Origin: Escherichia coli
GTDB lineage: Bacteria; Pseudomonadota; Gammaproteobacteria; Enterobacterales; Enterobacteriaceae
Direction: 5' to 3' (one strand)
Assembly: GCF_013122565.1 (NCBI RefSeq)
Contig: NZ_CP053258.1
DNA: 64,000 nucleotides
Shown: piece by piece, positions 63,201-64,000 of the stretch
How the letters are laid out: every line of letters begins with the position of its first letter
How positions within the stretch are numbered: position 1 is the stretch's first letter
The notes under the pieces: model-generated
Database searches by the model: none
What the model saw: the letters and a program-made list of their open reading frames with translations, nothing else
What the model was told of the DNA's origin: nothing
Made by a program: the position numbers and the translations under genes

Positions 63201-64000
63201 ATGGAACGCACTCTTCCCTGGAAGCCTCTTCTTTGTTTGTTATTTCTTTTATCAACTGGCTGCGATAGAGCAGAAAAACAGAAAATTGCCGCACAGCTGC
63301 AACAAGACAAAGAAGCTATTTCCTCTGTCGTCAAAAAGAGTTATCGCGCATTATGTGGCCCTGAGTTTGTCACCAGCATAGATTCGCACGATCGCCTTGC
63401 GGAAATGCAGCAAGTATTTACGCCTGCTTTAATGGAGCCTGTACTGAAATACTGGCAAGAGTCACCCAAAACGTGTAAACGACGTTTCCCCAGTTATAGC
63501 GATCCTTCAGCGACCTTCGTCGAAGGCGACAAGGCGCAGATTGGTGCTTTTTTTGGTCACCAATCTGATATTGATATTCCAATGGAGTTAATCCGGCAAG
63601 GGGATGGTAAATGGAAGATTGCTGCGATTGATATTGCATCGTTACACGAGTTTGAAAAAAACGGTCGGGTTACTGATGAGGTGCAGAAAAAAATAGATTT
63701 GCTTAAAAAACGCTCATTCAAGCAACATAGGGATTCCCCTGTGCTGACGAGGACCGCGCCAGAGCGGGTCAGTAAGTCCCCTTTGACATCGATGGAGCAA
63801 ACAGTTACGGAGCAAGACTCTTCCTGGCTGGATGTCTTACTGACAATAGGCAAATATGCCCTTTATCTGGTAGCGATAATACTTATTCTCGCCTTGGTGG
63901 CTGTTTTGTGGATTGGTTATGGCCTGGTGTTCGCCGGACATCGCCTTTTCAAAGCATCCTGTAGAGATCCCTCAATTCAAAAAATTCCTGTGGCTGAACG
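63201..64000 (+). CDS. Partial CDS (5' part, runs off window end): predicted lipoprotein with a C-terminal transmembrane helix, unknown function
   Basis: ATG 63201; 266 codons with no stop to window end; N-terminus MERTLPWKPLLCLLFLLSTGC|DRAEK (lipobox); hydrophobic stretch LDVLLTIGKYALYLVAIILILALVAVLWIGYGLVF near 63830-63935; absent from ORF track because unterminated. Confidence 0.55.
   Translation, partial: MERTLPWKPLLCLLFLLSTGCDRAEKQKIAAQLQQDKEAISSVVKKSYRALCGPEFVTSIDSHDRLAEMQQVFTPALMEPVLKYWQESPKTCKRRFPSYSDPSATFVEGDKAQIGAFFGHQSDIDIPMELIRQGDGKWKIAAIDIASLHEFEKNGRVTDEVQKKIDLLKKRSFKQHRDSPVLTRTAPERVSKSPLTSMEQTVTEQDSSWLDVLLTIGKYALYLVAIILILALVAVLWIGYGLVFAGHRLFKASCRDPSIQKIPVAE

Overview
This window is Escherichia coli chromosome, the yghU-gss-pitB ... 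glcCDEFGBA ... pheV-yqgA-speC-nupG-mltC-mutY ... gshB-endA-galP-metK-speAB region, in reverse orientation relative to the K-12 map. Gene identities come from reading the translated ORFs against protein families and K-12 proteins I recall; no database search was run. Most of the window is conserved housekeeping sequence, but three segments look accessory. (1) About 4.7-17.6 kb, between pitB and glcC, is an intact 13-gene locus that is, to my recollection, largely deleted or IS5-disrupted in K-12, where only yghO, yghQ, yghR, yghS and yghT remain. Its core is a tightly overlapping minus-strand operon: fatty acyl-AMP ligase / acyl-ACP synthetase -> SDR-type reductase -> acyl carrier protein -> PLP-dependent alpha-oxoamine synthase (serine palmitoyltransferase-like). 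It is flanked by YghO (a possible N-acyltransferase), an LptF/LptG-like permease pair, a flippase-like membrane protein (YghQ), a secreted protein and three paralogous P-loop kinase-like proteins. This gene set resembles the bacterial ceramide / sphingoid-lipid pathway described in Caulobacter, here coupled to possible export functions; I regard it as the most interesting candidate system in the window and, to my knowledge, it is not experimentally characterised in E. coli. (2) About 27.5-34.2 kb, between glcA and tRNA-Phe (pheV), is a four-gene Wadjet-type (JetABCD / MksFEBG-like) SMC anti-plasmid defence operon, where K-12 carries a type II secretion / yghJ cluster. (3) Two lipoprotein genes flank speB, one between speA and speB and one partial at the window end, which I do not recall from K-12. 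REP/BIME repeat clusters, several intrinsic terminators and one tRNA are also annotated. No CRISPR array, integrase or IS element was seen.
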